64,000 bases of DNA from an uncultured Blastocatellia bacterium (lineage in GTDB: Bacteria; Acidobacteriota; Blastocatellia; HR10): positions 966 through 64,965 of the forward strand of contig CALHAI010000018.1 of NCBI GenBank assembly GCA_937934295.1. Reading direction: 5' to 3'. The position numbers were made by a program, and so were the translations under genes. The notes beneath the pieces are model-generated. The model had not been told where the DNA came from. It ran no database searches and worked only from the letters and a program-made list of their open reading frames with translations. This document shows, in pieces, positions 49,888-62,372 of this stretch (within the stretch, counting starts at the first letter, position 1; each line of letters begins with the position of its first letter).

Positions 49888-50364
49888 ATGGAACGCGAAG
49901 TGAAAGTGCGCGGGCTCATCCTCGATCCGGCGAACAACTCACCGGTAGTCATCCTCAAGGATGTCGCCTCCGAGGCGATGCTGCCGATCTGGATCGGGGT
50001 TTTCGAAGCCAATGCCATTGCGATGGAGATCGAGAAGGCCGTGCCGCAGCGGCCAATGACGCACGATTTGTTGAAGAACGTCATCGCTCAGCTTGGGGCG
50101 AGCGTCGAACGAGTCGTCATCACCGATCTCATCGACAGCACCTTCTACGCCATCATCGTCTTGGACGTAGGTGGAGAGAAGGTCATCGTGGACTCGCGTC
50201 CGAGTGATGCCATCGCCTTGGCGCTTCGGACCGATAGTCCGATCTTCGTCGCCGAGCAGGTGCTGCGCAGCTCGCGCAGCGTGATCTCCAGCCACGATGT
50301 TGAGGAGGTCGAGCAGGAGTGGTCCGAGGACCTCGGGGATGAATCGAGCGGCAGATCGTACTGA
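49888..50364 (+). CDS. Bifunctional-nuclease (BFN/DUF151) family protein
   Basis: 158 aa. LPIWIGVFEANAIAMEIE...RPMTHDLL, the characteristic BFN core. Confidence 0.7.
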   Translation: MEREVKVRGLILDPANNSPVVILKDVASEAMLPIWIGVFEANAIAMEIEKAVPQRPMTHDLLKNVIAQLGASVERVVITDLIDSTFYAIIVLDVGGEKVIVDSRPSDAIALALRTDSPIFVAEQVLRSSRSVISSHDVEEVEQEWSEDLGDESSGRSY

Positions 50365-50374
50365 GGAGGCTGGG

Positions 50375-51160
50375 GTGAGCGGCGCGGAGAAGGCGATTCG
50401 ATCGGCCGTCATCGCGATCGCGAACCAAAAGGGCGGCGTGGGGAAGACGACCACGGCGATCAATCTCTCGGCGGGATTGGCTCGCCGAGGTTATCGCGTG
50501 CTCCTTGTGGATCTGGATCCGCAGGCCAACAGTTCGCTCTCCTATCTGGACTTGCGCGAGGTCGGGATTTCGATCTTCGATTGGCTCATGGATCGTTCGG
50601 TGACGGCCGAGCAGGTGATCTACGCGACCTCGATCCCGAACTTGGAGGTCTTACCGTCACGCATCAGTCTGGCTAAGTTCGAGAGCCTGCTCCTTGGAGA
50701 GCTGGACGCGCCCTATCGGGTGAAGGATCGGTTGGATCCGATCAAGGGGCGGTATCACATTGTGATTGTGGACACACCACCGACGCTCGGGTTGCTCACG
50801 GTGAATGCCTTGGTGGCGGCCTCGCATTTGATCATCCCGATCCAAGCCTCCTATTTCGCTCTGGAGGGGACCGACGATCTGTTGGAGACGGTGGAGAAGG
50901 TCAAGGCGCGGCCCAATCCGAACCTGCTTCTGCTGGGTGTCGTCGTGACGCTGTACGATCGGCGGACGGCCATCGCCCGCGATTCCTTGGAGCAGATCCG
51001 GAGGGTCTTTGGTTCGCAGGTCTTTCAGACTGTGATCTCGCGCTCGGTGCGCTTGGAGGAGAGTCCGGCGTATCGGGAATCGATCTTCACCTTCGCGCCC
51101 CAGTCGACGGCGGCGCTGGAGTACGACCAACTTTGCGAGGAGGTGATCGAGCGTGTCTAA
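50375..51160 (+). CDS. parA: Chromosome partitioning ATPase ParA/Soj
   Basis: GTG start at 50375, preceded by GGAGG. Deviant Walker A motif [17 protein letters not shown]. The track's longer ORF (start 50297) overlaps the BFN gene. Confidence 0.85.
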   Translation: MSGAEKAIRSAVIAIANQKGGVGKTTTAINLSAGLARRGYRVLLVDLDPQANSSLSYLDLREVGISIFDWLMDRSVTAEQVIYATSIPNLEVLPSRISLAKFESLLLGELDAPYRVKDRLDPIKGRYHIVIVDTPPTLGLLTVNALVAASHLIIPIQASYFALEGTDDLLETVEKVKARPNPNLLLLGVVVTLYDRRTAIARDSLEQIRRVFGSQVFQTVISRSVRLEESPAYRESIFTFAPQSTAALEYDQLCEEVIERV

Positions 51161-51968
51161 GCGAGGACTTCCGGCGAATCTCCAGTTGCGGCATGACGCG
51201 CACTTTGTCGAGCTGCTCGCCTCACGCACGGGGGCGCCAATTGGGCGGATGATCCCCATTGATCGGCTCGATCTGAATCCGGAGCAGCCCCGTGTGGAGA
51301 TTGGCGATCTCTCGGATCTGGTGGCCTCGATTCGGGAGAAGGGCATCTTGGAGCCGCTTCTTGTGCGGCCGCAGGAGAACGGACGCTTCCTGATCATCAG
51401 TGGCGAACGTCGGTATCGAGCGGCGCTGATCGTCGGTCTTCGTGAAGTCCCCTGCATCGAGATGGACGTGGACGATCAGGCGGTCGCCGAGATCAGTTTG
51501 ATCGAGAATCTGCAGCGCAAGGATCTGACGCCGTTTGAGGAGGCGCAGGGGTTCAAGATGCTGGTCGAGCGATTCGGCTACACGCACGAGGAGATCGCCC
51601 GTAAGATCGGGAAATCACGGTCCTCGGTGACGGAGACGCTCGCTTTGGCCGAGATGCCGGGGGAGATCCAAGAGCTCTGTCGGCGCGCCGACATTCAGTC
51701 GAAGTCCGTGCTCTTGCAGATCGCCCGGCTCAAGGATGTGGATCAGATGCGGGCGCTCATCGAGCGCATCCGCCGTGAGGGCTTGCGTCGCGACGACGTG
51801 CGGCGCCAGAAGAAAGCGCGCCGACCTCGGCCCTTCGTCTATCGATATCGTACGGCCGAATTCCGTTTGGAGGTGCGGTTCAAGAAGGCTGACGTGAGCC
51901 GTGAGGAGTTGATCGACTGTCTACGCCAAGTGGCCGAGGAGATCGAGCGGTCGGAGGTTTCAGCGTGA
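51153..51968 (+). CDS. parB: Chromosome partitioning protein ParB/Spo0J
   Basis: ParB box GERRYRAA, then a HTH ([21 protein letters not shown]). A GTG start overlaps the parA stop by 8 nt. Confidence 0.85.
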   Translation: MSKRGLPANLQLRHDAHFVELLASRTGAPIGRMIPIDRLDLNPEQPRVEIGDLSDLVASIREKGILEPLLVRPQENGRFLIISGERRYRAALIVGLREVPCIEMDVDDQAVAEISLIENLQRKDLTPFEEAQGFKMLVERFGYTHEEIARKIGKSRSSVTETLALAEMPGEIQELCRRADIQSKSVLLQIARLKDVDQMRALIERIRREGLRRDDVRRQKKARRPRPFVYRYRTAEFRLEVRFKKADVSREELIDCLRQVAEEIERSEVSA

Positions 51969-52481
51969 TTTCTGTTTCTTTTGCAACCAACGGGCGAGCC
52001 GTTCCAGCCAGGGGAGGAAGGGGCGGATCAACCAGGCCCGAAGGCCCTTGCGCGTTCGCGCATAGAGCGAGAGGTGTCGGTCCACGTAGCTTCGGACGGC
52101 TTGTTCGTACTGTTCCTTTCGGACACCGTGTGAGAGCGTCAGATAATAATGCTGCGCGATGAGCGACAGCAACGTGGCCGTCACGTTGGCTTGCAGGGCC
52201 AAACGCGCCGAGAGACGTTTCCAGAGCGATCCTCCGGGAGCCAGAGGCTTCAAGGCGATCTCCATCCAAGCCTGCGGCGAGCCGGGCATCTTCGGGTGAT
52301 AGAGCCCGGGCAGTTCTCGGCGCATCTGCGGATCCACGCGCGAATCCGCGACGTAGTCCACCAGGACGAGCTTGCTCACTCCGCGCATATGCTCCTTGGG
52401 GATGATTTCCAGAACAGAGTGAATGTGAGCCATCAGTTTTTGGTAGTTGAGGTTCACTGTCGCTCGATTCTCGATCTTCAT
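51960..52481 (-). CDS. Hypothetical protein (173 aa, no recognisable domain), co-oriented with and immediately downstream of lpxD
   Basis: [31 protein letters not shown].... Its start lies 4 nt after the lpxD stop. Its 3' end overlaps the parB 3' end by 9 nt (convergent). Confidence 0.4.
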   Translation of the reverse strand: MKIENRATVNLNYQKLMAHIHSVLEIIPKEHMRGVSKLVLVDYVADSRVDPQMRRELPGLYHPKMPGSPQAWMEIALKPLAPGGSLWKRLSARLALQANVTATLLSLIAQHYYLTLSHGVRKEQYEQAVRSYVDRHLSLYARTRKGLRAWLIRPFLPWLERLARWLQKKQKSR

Positions 52482-52484
52482 CGT

Positions 52485-53507
52485 TCACTCCGATCGCTGT
52501 TCCAGGCGTTCAAGCCGCTGTCTCATCTCGCGCAGCAAGCGATACATCTCGGGCAAGCGGGCAAAAAGGACCGAAGCGCGCCGCCAGAGCTTGTTCTCGA
52601 TGGCCGGATAGCCGGAGACGACGCGATTGGCTTCGACCGAGGAGGGGATGCCCGTCTGCGCCGTCGCGATCACGTTGTCACCGATGCGGAGGTGACCGGC
52701 GACGCCAACCTGCCCAGCCAGCATGACGTTGCGTCCGATCTCGGTGCTGCCGGCCAGGCCGACCTGCGCGCACAGCAGCGAATTCTCGCCCACTTTCGAT
52801 CCATGGCCGATCTGTACCAAATTGTCGATCTTCACGTGGCTGGCGATGAGCGTCTCGCCAATGGCGGCTCGGTCTATGGTGGTGTTGGCGCCGATTTCGA
52901 CCCGGTCGTGGATGATCACTCGTCCCGTTTGAGGGATCTTGTACCACCGGCCCTCGGGATCGCGGGCATATCCGAAGCCATCGGTGCCGATGCGCGCTCC
53001 GTTATGGATGATGACATGAGCGCCGATGATCGTATTCTCGCGGATAGTCACATGGGAGTGAATGATCGTATGCGCACCGATGCGGACGTTCGGATAGATC
53101 ATGCAGTGGGGATAGATCGTCACGTGGTCGCCGATCTCGCACTCGGCGGCGATGACCGTGTAGGCGCCGACCTTGACGTGGGCGCCGAGTTTCGCCGTCG
53201 GATGGACAATGGCCGTCGGATGGATCCCTGGCTCCGGCTGCGGAGCGCAAGAGAAGAGCTCCAGCGCCTTGGCGAAGGCGAAGTATGGATTGGGCGTTCG
53301 CAGCAGGGCGATGGGAGATGGGGCGAAATCCTCCGAGACGATCACGGCCGAGGCGCGCGTCGTCTTGATCAAGGGGGCGTATTTGGGATTCGCAATGAAG
53401 GTCAATTCCCCGGGCCGGGCCTCTGCGATGGGGGCGATACCGGTGATCTCGAGGTCTTCACCCTCGAGCCGAGCGCCGATGTATCGAGCGATGTCGGAGA
53501 GTCTCAT
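52485..53507 (-). CDS. lpxD: UDP-3-O-acylglucosamine N-acyltransferase
   Basis: 340 aa. N-terminal LpxD domain ([16 protein letters not shown]...ANPKY). Left-handed beta-helix hexapeptide repeats ([31 protein letters not shown]...). Confidence 0.9.
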   Translation of the reverse strand: MRLSDIARYIGARLEGEDLEITGIAPIAEARPGELTFIANPKYAPLIKTTRASAVIVSEDFAPSPIALLRTPNPYFAFAKALELFSCAPQPEPGIHPTAIVHPTAKLGAHVKVGAYTVIAAECEIGDHVTIYPHCMIYPNVRIGAHTIIHSHVTIRENTIIGAHVIIHNGARIGTDGFGYARDPEGRWYKIPQTGRVIIHDRVEIGANTTIDRAAIGETLIASHVKIDNLVQIGHGSKVGENSLLCAQVGLAGSTEIGRNVMLAGQVGVAGHLRIGDNVIATAQTGIPSSVEANRVVSGYPAIENKLWRRASVLFARLPEMYRLLREMRQRLERLEQRSE

Positions 53508-53560
53508 GGTTGTAAAAATTTAAGGGGACTCAGCCGGAGAGTCAAGATGGAGGGCGAGCC

Positions 53561-54445
53561 ATGTCGCGCGATCTTGTGCGCGAATTCCTGACGTATCTGC
53601 GGATCGAACGCGGGCTCTCGGCCAATACGATCGAAGCCTATCGCCGTGACCTGGAACGAGTCGCGGCATGGGCTCAGGCTGAGCGTCGGAAGGATCTCTT
53701 GAGCCTCTCGCGGGAAGACATCCGAGAGTTCCTGCGGTGGATGAGCGAGCAAGGGCTTGAGGCCAAGAGCATGGCGCGTTGTATTGTGGCGTTGAGGAAT
53801 TTCTTCAAGTTTTTGATCCTAGACGGCGTCTTGAAAAGCGATCCAACGATAAGTCTGGAGAGACCAAGATCATGGCAAGCACTCCCGAAATTCCTCTCCA
53901 TCGAGGAGGTTAATCTTCTTCTTGAACAACCCGATGTTACCCGCGATATTGGGGTTCGCGACCGTGCTATCCTCGAGGTCCTCTATGCGACAGGGTTGAG
54001 AGCCTCAGAGGTAGTTGCCCTGCGGCTTGGGGATGTTGACGTAGACAAGGGCCTCGTAATCTGTCTGGGCAAGGGGAGGAAGGAACGTTTGGTGCCACTT
54101 GGGCGATCGGCCATCGAGTGGGTCTTGAAATATCTTCCCATACGGCAGCGCTGGCTCGGACAGAAGACATCACCCTGGCTCTTCATCTCGCCGCGTGGAC
54201 GACCGCTGACGCGTCAAGCTCTGTGGAAGTTAGTCGCTCGGTACGGACGCATGGCTGGATTGGGGCGAGTCGTGCCGCACATGCTGCGGCACACCTTCGC
54301 CACCCACCTGCTGGAGCACGGAGCCGATCTGCGCTCGGTTCAGATGATGCTTGGCCATTCCGATCTGAGCACGACGCAGGTGTACACGTATATCACCAAC
54401 GAGCGGCTCCGGCAGATCTACGATCACTGTCATCCCCGAGCCTGA
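53561..54445 (+). CDS. xerD: Site-specific tyrosine recombinase XerD/XerC
   Basis: 294 aa. N-terminal SAM-like domain ([23 protein letters not shown]). Catalytic R...HxxR...Y residues ([36 protein letters not shown]). Confidence 0.85.
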   Translation: MSRDLVREFLTYLRIERGLSANTIEAYRRDLERVAAWAQAERRKDLLSLSREDIREFLRWMSEQGLEAKSMARCIVALRNFFKFLILDGVLKSDPTISLERPRSWQALPKFLSIEEVNLLLEQPDVTRDIGVRDRAILEVLYATGLRASEVVALRLGDVDVDKGLVICLGKGRKERLVPLGRSAIEWVLKYLPIRQRWLGQKTSPWLFISPRGRPLTRQALWKLVARYGRMAGLGRVVPHMLRHTFATHLLEHGADLRSVQMMLGHSDLSTTQVYTYITNERLRQIYDHCHPRA

Positions 54446-54457
54446 TGGGGTGGTTTC

Positions 54458-54487
54458 TTGACACGCCGATCACTGGTGTGATAAAGT
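54458..54487 (+). promoter_or_regulatory. Candidate metK promoter (-35 TTGACA, 17-18-nt spacer, extended -10 TGtgaTAAAGT)
   Basis: TTGACA at 54458-54463 and TAAAGT at 54482-54487. The leader is only about 30 nt, so there is no SAM riboswitch. Confidence 0.4.
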
Positions 54488-54516
54488 CTCGCGCCTGCGA
54501 ATCCAGAGGGGGAGGC

Positions 54517-56933
<2,417 letters not shown>

Positions 56934-57021
56934 GGACGTGTGGTCATGTCATAAGATTTCTTATCAGACCCAAAGCCAGAGACCTGTGAGTTCCCCTCCC
57001 CACAGCTCACAAAGAACGTCT

Positions 57022-57792
57022 GTGCTACTGGCCGTCCTCCTGGGGATCGCTCCGACTTCGTTCGCTCAAAGCACGGAGCGCGCCCTCAAAGCCCAGACCA
57101 ACCAGAAGCCAGCCGCAACGACAGATCAAGGAGAGTGGGTCATCGCCGCTTATCTCGGCGGTGGTCGCACCGCTTCCTCGATACTGCGGATCAGTCAGCC
57201 GGCGTTGAACACGGATCTCGTTTTCGAGGCCGTGCGCTTTGAGGGCCGTTCGTTCGATCCACCACTCTATTACGGCGTGCGCACGAGCCGCTTCATTCGC
57301 GGATTTTTGGGCATCGAGGCCGAATTCATCCACCTGAAGGTCTATTCCGATCCCACGCAGCGAGTGCGTGTGACGGGCCGGCATCGTGGCGTTGGGCTTG
57401 AGCAGGAGCTTCCTCTCGGCCAGATCGTCCAGGAGTATTCGATCTCCCACGGCCTCAATCTCCTCCTTGTCAACCTCGTCGCTCGCGCGCGAATGCTCCG
57501 AAGCCCAAACGCCCCTTGCGGCCGCCTCCTGCTGGGCGCGCGCTTCGGTCTCGGTCCGACGATTCCTCACACGGAGAGCACGATCGAAGGCGAACGCCAG
57601 CAACAATACGAATGGGGACGCGCCGTATGGCAATGGAGCGCGGGAGTGGAGCTTCACGTATGGCGAGGTTTATATGCTCTCGGCGAGTACAAATTCACGC
57701 GCACGCGACAGCGGGGCGCGATCTTTGCCGGCTTCGCCGAATCGCTCCTGCGCGCGCACCACGGCATCTTCGGCCTGAGCTATCACTTTTGA
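57022..57792 (+). CDS. Outer-membrane beta-barrel protein (OmpW/opacity-like), function unknown
   Basis: Signal peptide LLAVLLGIAPTSFAQS. Alternating amphipathic beta-strands. Aromatic C-terminus ...FGLSYHF (an OMP C-terminal Phe). The start is probably GTG 57022; the track gives 56923. Confidence 0.5.
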   Translation: MLLAVLLGIAPTSFAQSTERALKAQTNQKPAATTDQGEWVIAAYLGGGRTASSILRISQPALNTDLVFEAVRFEGRSFDPPLYYGVRTSRFIRGFLGIEAEFIHLKVYSDPTQRVRVTGRHRGVGLEQELPLGQIVQEYSISHGLNLLLVNLVARARMLRSPNAPCGRLLLGARFGLGPTIPHTESTIEGERQQQYEWGRAVWQWSAGVELHVWRGLYALGEYKFTRTRQRGAIFAGFAESLLRAHHGIFGLSYHF

Positions 57793-57856
57793 GGAATTGA
57801 ATGTCCCCTTCCCTCCTCACCTCGACGTCAAGAAGAAGTGAGGAAAAGCCCTCTGA

Positions 57857-59461
57857 TCAGCGAGGAATCGCCAACACCTCAATGAGTATCGAGACGGCCA
57901 CCATCCCCACGAAGGCAAGAAGGAGCAAAAGACTCCAGCGACGGACGAGTTGACCAAAAAGGAGGCGCCGCTCACCCCACAGCATCTCAGGCGCGGAGTC
58001 GTGAACGGATGCTCGAAAAAGCAGACTCAGAAGGTAACCGACGGCGAACGCGATGCCACACCCGATGGCATTCCACCAAAGCCAAGAGACGGAAGGAAAG
58101 AAGAGCCAGAGAATGATGTTCACCGCAACACCCGCTATGAGGCCCGCGATCGCACCATGTTGATTCGTGCGCTTCGTCCACAAGCCGAGCAAAAAGACGG
58201 CCAGCGTCGGTCCGTAGAAAGCGGAACCGATCATGTTGATCAATTCGATCACGGTCGCCTCCGCTCGACTCATCCAGAATCCACTGGCCGTGCAAAAGAC
58301 GCCCCAGATAGCAGTATAGAGTCGAGACCACCTGAGGGATTGCCGCTCGGACAGGTGTCCCAACTTCCCGCCTCGCCCAAGGAGATCTCTCATTGTCACG
58401 GCGCTCATCGAATTGAACGCCGAATCCAAACTCGACATGGCCGCGGCAAAAATGCCCGCCATCACCAACCCCGTGATGCCGGGAGATAGATACTCGACCA
58501 TAAAGAGTGGGACCAGATAGTCGGGATGCTCAGCCGGAATTCTTCGAGCGAAGTCCGGCTGATGCGTCAAGAAGGCCGCCAACAGCACGCCGAACAAGCA
58601 GTAGAGCAGCACGAGCGGAAATCGCAGTAGGCCGTTCAAGAACAAGGCGCGCTGCGATTCCCTCACGGTCTCGGACGTGAGCAACCGCTGCGCCTGACTC
58701 TGATCGCATCCATAGTAAGAGACGTAGAGGAACACTCCGCCAATGAGCATGGGCCAGAAAGAAAAGGTTTCTCCATCGCCGAGTCCATGATTCTTGAAGT
58801 CGAGCGCCTGAAGCCTTTCGGGATTGACCAGAGCGATCGCCTCGCGCGCATCTCCAATAAGCCACAGCACGCTGATGATGCCAGCAATCGTTCCCACCGC
58901 GAGAATGAGGAGCTGGAGCACGTCCGAGTAGATATCCGCCTTGATGCCGCCGACCGTCGTATAGAGCACCGTGATCGCGCCGACCAACAGCATCGTTTCG
59001 GCAAGTGGCAACCGGAGACACACCGAGAGCACGATGGAGGCCGCATAGAGGCTGACTCCTGTGCTCAACCCCCGGCTGATCAGAAAAATCAAACTGAGCG
59101 CCGATCGCGCCGCCGGTCCAAAACGCCGCTCAAGGTATTCGTAGATCGTGATGATGCGCAGGCGATGGAAGATCGGAACGAAAAAGACGATCAGACCGAT
59201 CATCGCCAGCGGCACGGCGAATTCATACTGCAGCCAACGCAGTCCGCCTCCCGCTTTGAGGGCGACGAAGGCCGGAGCACCGATCAAACTCACCGCGCTC
59301 ACCTGCGTCGCCATGATCGAACCGGCAATCGCCCAAGAGGAGATCTTGCGCCCACCCAGAAAATAGTCCACCGGCGAGCGCTGGCCTCGCGCCAAGGCGA
59401 AGCTCATGATGACAATGGCCGCCAGATAAGCTCCCAAAACGAGCCAGTCCAGTCTCGTCAT
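57857..59461 (-). CDS. Sodium:solute symporter family transporter
   Basis: 534 aa. About 13 TM helices. SSF N-terminal motif (DYFLGGRKISSWAIAGSIMATQVSAVSLIGAPA). Confidence 0.85.
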   Translation of the reverse strand: MTRLDWLVLGAYLAAIVIMSFALARGQRSPVDYFLGGRKISSWAIAGSIMATQVSAVSLIGAPAFVALKAGGGLRWLQYEFAVPLAMIGLIVFFVPIFHRLRIITIYEYLERRFGPAARSALSLIFLISRGLSTGVSLYAASIVLSVCLRLPLAETMLLVGAITVLYTTVGGIKADIYSDVLQLLILAVGTIAGIISVLWLIGDAREAIALVNPERLQALDFKNHGLGDGETFSFWPMLIGGVFLYVSYYGCDQSQAQRLLTSETVRESQRALFLNGLLRFPLVLLYCLFGVLLAAFLTHQPDFARRIPAEHPDYLVPLFMVEYLSPGITGLVMAGIFAAAMSSLDSAFNSMSAVTMRDLLGRGGKLGHLSERQSLRWSRLYTAIWGVFCTASGFWMSRAEATVIELINMIGSAFYGPTLAVFLLGLWTKRTNQHGAIAGLIAGVAVNIILWLFFPSVSWLWWNAIGCGIAFAVGYLLSLLFRASVHDSAPEMLWGERRLLFGQLVRRWSLLLLLAFVGMVAVSILIEVLAIPR

Positions 59462-59529
59462 GGTGTCGCCATCTCAAAATACGAGCGCTCAGAAGACGTG
59501 GCATTGCAGGACGGTCCCATCCGCCACGC

Positions 59530-61416
59530 TCACCTGGTCCACATTTCCGGTTCCGGAATCGGGTTTCGCCAACGTCCCACCCCCTTATGTGAAGATCTCT
59601 CCAGACCGGATCCTCGAAGATCGCCCATCTTCGACAGGGTATTTAGGGCATTCCTTGCCCAGAGAGAGATCGCTTCTTCGATGGAGACGACCTCCGCTCC
59701 AGTATAATAGGCGGCGAGAATTTCGCGAAATGTCTGGCCGCTGCGGCCCCGACCGTGCGCGCCGTATTGGCTCATGCCGACGTTGTGCCCCCAACCGCCG
59801 CCGAAGAGATCGAAACTCACCGTCCCATCAGCCTCCCTCCGCGAAACGATGGCGCTCGGACTGTTGAAGAGTTGGAAGAAATCCCTCAGCGATTGCCATC
59901 CCTGCAAAATGAACATCCCGCGCTCGCCCACGATCTGTAGTCGGGCGATGCGCCCCGACGGGCTCCGAAGCAGCGGAATCAGCGCCGTGATCGGACCGAG
60001 CGAGATGCCGTACGTGCCGAGCAGCCGGTCGGCGATGAACGCAGCGGAACGACTGCTCACCCACCGGTAGCGCGAATTTCCGCTTCGTCCCGGACTGTCG
60101 AAGTGGTCCCACACCTGACTGTAGAAGAGGAACGCGCCTTCGTCCAACGTGAGGTCCACGGGAACCGGGAAATCTGCGTCGTGAACGGCGCGCAGGGCCG
60201 GATGCGCATTCGTTCCCGGGAGCTGGTCCGAGGGCGAGTTGAAGATCCACTCGTTGCTTTCCGTATGCCCGCCCATCGAGGACGAGTAGAACGTGGGCAC
60301 AAGAGCTCCATCCCGAACGACGACGAGACCGCGCGTGTCCTGAACGGCTGCATTTCCCCTGGGATGTTCGCAGAGCACGCCCCGATAGACCTGCGAGCGA
60401 GTCGAATCATCCAGATCGAATCCCCGGTCAGCAAAGCGACCGATATTGGCCAGAGCAAATGTGCGCGCGGCCACCGCTTGCGCTCGCAATGCCTGGGAAT
60501 GAAAAGATGCCGGCATTTCGTTCGTGACGACGCCCTGGAGATACTCCTCCAGATCGAGGACGTTGATGAGCCGAAGCTCTGGTTCCTCGGTTTGAAAACT
60601 TGGCCCGTCCGGGGACGGCGCGCGCACTTCCGCCTCGGCGAAGCTCCGGCTGTGGCGAATCTCCAGCACGCCGCGATAGCGCGGCGGTTCAAACGGATTT
60701 CCCGCTCGATTGAGATTCCGGCGGCGCAAGCTGGTGACAATCCAAAAAACATTATCAGACATAGGTGCTACACAAAGGGCCATGGGACCTATGAAGCTCC
60801 CCCAAGAGGCCGTGACGATGATCCCTTCTGAAGCCGCGGTGAAGGAGAATTCTCCTCCCGCCTGCCCAAACGCAATCGGCCTGGCCGCGCCTCCGCAAAG
60901 CGCCTGGACAGCGTCCGGAGCCCCTTGAGTCGCATACCTCGGGAATAGTTCCATGAGCACGAAAGGCCCCGTGGCCGTGAGCGTAATATGCCGGTGCCGC
61001 TGCTGAGTGCTTAGATCAAACTCGGCGAGCACATCTCCAGAAGTTGAGAAGCGCGTCGGATTCAATCCGATGCGAATCGTGCGCACGGGCAACACCTGCG
61101 CCTGGAGGCGAATGGGACCCCACTCCGGTCGCGCTCCCGAGGCGAAAGAAAATCCCTCCATCTCCTTCAACTTCCAGAAGACCTCAGCGTCCTGGTTCGC
61201 CGGGGGCTCCTTGGCCAGCTGATTGGCCGTGGAGGTTCTCCCTCTCGATCTCTGAGCATCGAGGAGAAAGAGCGCGCGCCCGTGGCTCGATGCGCCTCTG
61301 GCGAGTGCTGGACGTCCAAGGGTCGGATCGAGGGAAGCCGATCGAGGGCCTCGCGCGGAGGAGACAAGGAGCATTCCCACAAGCCCCACCAGACAAGCCA
61401 TCAGTGACCACCTCAT
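59530..61416 (-). CDS. SpoIID/LytB domain protein (amidase enhancer family)
   Basis: Start ATG 61416 (MRWSLMACLVGLVGMLLVSSA, a signal peptide). SpoIID/LytB core LEEYLQGVVTNEMPASFHSQALRAQAVAARTFALA...SQVY. Confidence 0.75.
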   Translation of the reverse strand: MRWSLMACLVGLVGMLLVSSARGPRSASLDPTLGRPALARGASSHGRALFLLDAQRSRGRTSTANQLAKEPPANQDAEVFWKLKEMEGFSFASGARPEWGPIRLQAQVLPVRTIRIGLNPTRFSTSGDVLAEFDLSTQQRHRHITLTATGPFVLMELFPRYATQGAPDAVQALCGGAARPIAFGQAGGEFSFTAASEGIIVTASWGSFIGPMALCVAPMSDNVFWIVTSLRRRNLNRAGNPFEPPRYRGVLEIRHSRSFAEAEVRAPSPDGPSFQTEEPELRLINVLDLEEYLQGVVTNEMPASFHSQALRAQAVAARTFALANIGRFADRGFDLDDSTRSQVYRGVLCEHPRGNAAVQDTRGLVVVRDGALVPTFYSSSMGGHTESNEWIFNSPSDQLPGTNAHPALRAVHDADFPVPVDLTLDEGAFLFYSQVWDHFDSPGRSGNSRYRWVSSRSAAFIADRLLGTYGISLGPITALIPLLRSPSGRIARLQIVGERGMFILQGWQSLRDFFQLFNSPSAIVSRREADGTVSFDLFGGGWGHNVGMSQYGAHGRGRSGQTFREILAAYYTGAEVVSIEEAISLWARNALNTLSKMGDLRGSGLERSSHKGVGRWRNPIPEPEMWTR

Positions 61417-61514
61417 CGTGCCCATCACCTCATCCGACGATGAAGCCATCGTTGTCAATCGAGCTGATGGGGAGATCCGTGAGCATCGGTATTATACCCA
61501 CTGATCCTCTGGGT

Positions 61515-61590
61515 TGGCTCCTCAGGGAGGACTCGAACCTCCAACCCGCCGGTTAACAGCCGGCCGCTCTGCCAATTGAGCTACTGAGGA
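61515..61590 (-). tRNA. tRNA-Asn (anticodon GTT)
   Basis: Minus-strand cloverleaf: acceptor TCCTCAG/CTGAGGA, D-arm GCTCAATTGGCAGAGC, anticodon stem-loop GCCGG-CTGTTAA-CCGGC, T-arm GGAGGTTCGAGTCCTCC, discriminator G plus encoded CCA. It closely resembles E. coli tRNA-Asn. Confidence 0.9.
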
Positions 61591-61681
61591 GCACTGCGAA
61601 AAGCAGCTTAGCAGAAGGAAGGCGCCGTTGTCAATAAGCGCGATGATGAGCGACCCGGTTTCGATCTGGTGGAGAGGGCGC

Positions 61682-62362
61682 CTAGAGGAGCTCATCCCTC
61701 CCCTGCTCTTCTGAACGCCAGACGTAGATCTCGCGAGCCGTCTCTTCGTCCAAAGCGATCTCCGCCTCCTCGCACTGAAGGACGATGCTCGGCCACTTTT
61801 GCAGAAGCTTGATGGAGACGCCCGGCAGAATGCCCAAGGCGGAGAGCTTCAAAAGGCGGGGATGCGAGCGCGTGTTCACATAGGCGACGCGCGCCGTCTC
61901 TCCGAGCGCCAAGCGATCACAGGGGACGACGAGGGCGTTCACCTGCTCTTCAGCCTGTCGGCAACAGGCACCTTCGGGGATCGGACGCCCATGCGGACAC
62001 ACGCGCGGATGGCCAAGCAGCGTACAGATCGCTCGCGTGATCCCCTCAGCAATGAAATGCTCGAATTCGCACGCGGCCGCTTCGGTCTCGTCCACATCCA
62101 CGCCTAGAATGTCGCACATCAATCGTTCGGCCAACCGATGTCGGCGGATGATGGGCATGGCCACCGAACGTCCTTTCGGTGTGAGGCGCAGATGCCCCGA
62201 GGGCTGCCAGGCAATGAGTCCCGCACCAACGGCGCGCTCCAGAAGCCGATCCGTCACCTCCGTATGAGCGATCCGACGGACATCTTGCGGGAGCGCTCCC
62301 CCTTGCTCCTCCAATGTCCATAAGGCTTCGAGCAGCTCGCTCAGTTCCCAATCCACCTCCAT
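61682..62362 (-). CDS. Metal-dependent transcriptional regulator of the DtxR/IdeR type (HTH plus dimerisation plus an SH3-like/FeoA-like domain)
   Basis: Start ATG 62362 (MEVDWELSELLEAL...). Metal-binding/dimerisation region RRHRLAERLMCDILGVD...EHF...LGHPRVCPHGRPIP. C-terminal FeoA-like SH3 domain (LGETARVAYV...). Confidence 0.8.
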   Translation of the reverse strand: MEVDWELSELLEALWTLEEQGGALPQDVRRIAHTEVTDRLLERAVGAGLIAWQPSGHLRLTPKGRSVAMPIIRRHRLAERLMCDILGVDVDETEAAACEFEHFIAEGITRAICTLLGHPRVCPHGRPIPEGACCRQAEEQVNALVVPCDRLALGETARVAYVNTRSHPRLLKLSALGILPGVSIKLLQKWPSIVLQCEEAEIALDEETAREIYVWRSEEQGRDELL

Positions 62363-62372
62363 GATCCCCCTC

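Noticed and set aside
53780-54250. Apparent lower-GC patch inside xerD
   Set aside because: The reading frame and the catalytic motifs are intact and continuous. It is more likely local codon-usage variation than an insertion or chimera.
54118-54516. N-terminal 133-aa extension of the metK ORF
   Set aside because: It overlaps the 3' end of xerD in another frame and has no MetK homology. A strong RBS (GGGGGAGG) plus ATG at 54517 gives a canonical MetK N-terminus.
57814-57844. Possible bidirectional terminator between the OMP gene and the symporter gene (TCCTCAC-N17-GTGAGGA)
   Set aside because: The stem is only 7 bp, the loop is 17 nt, and no U/A tracts flank it. It is too weak to call.
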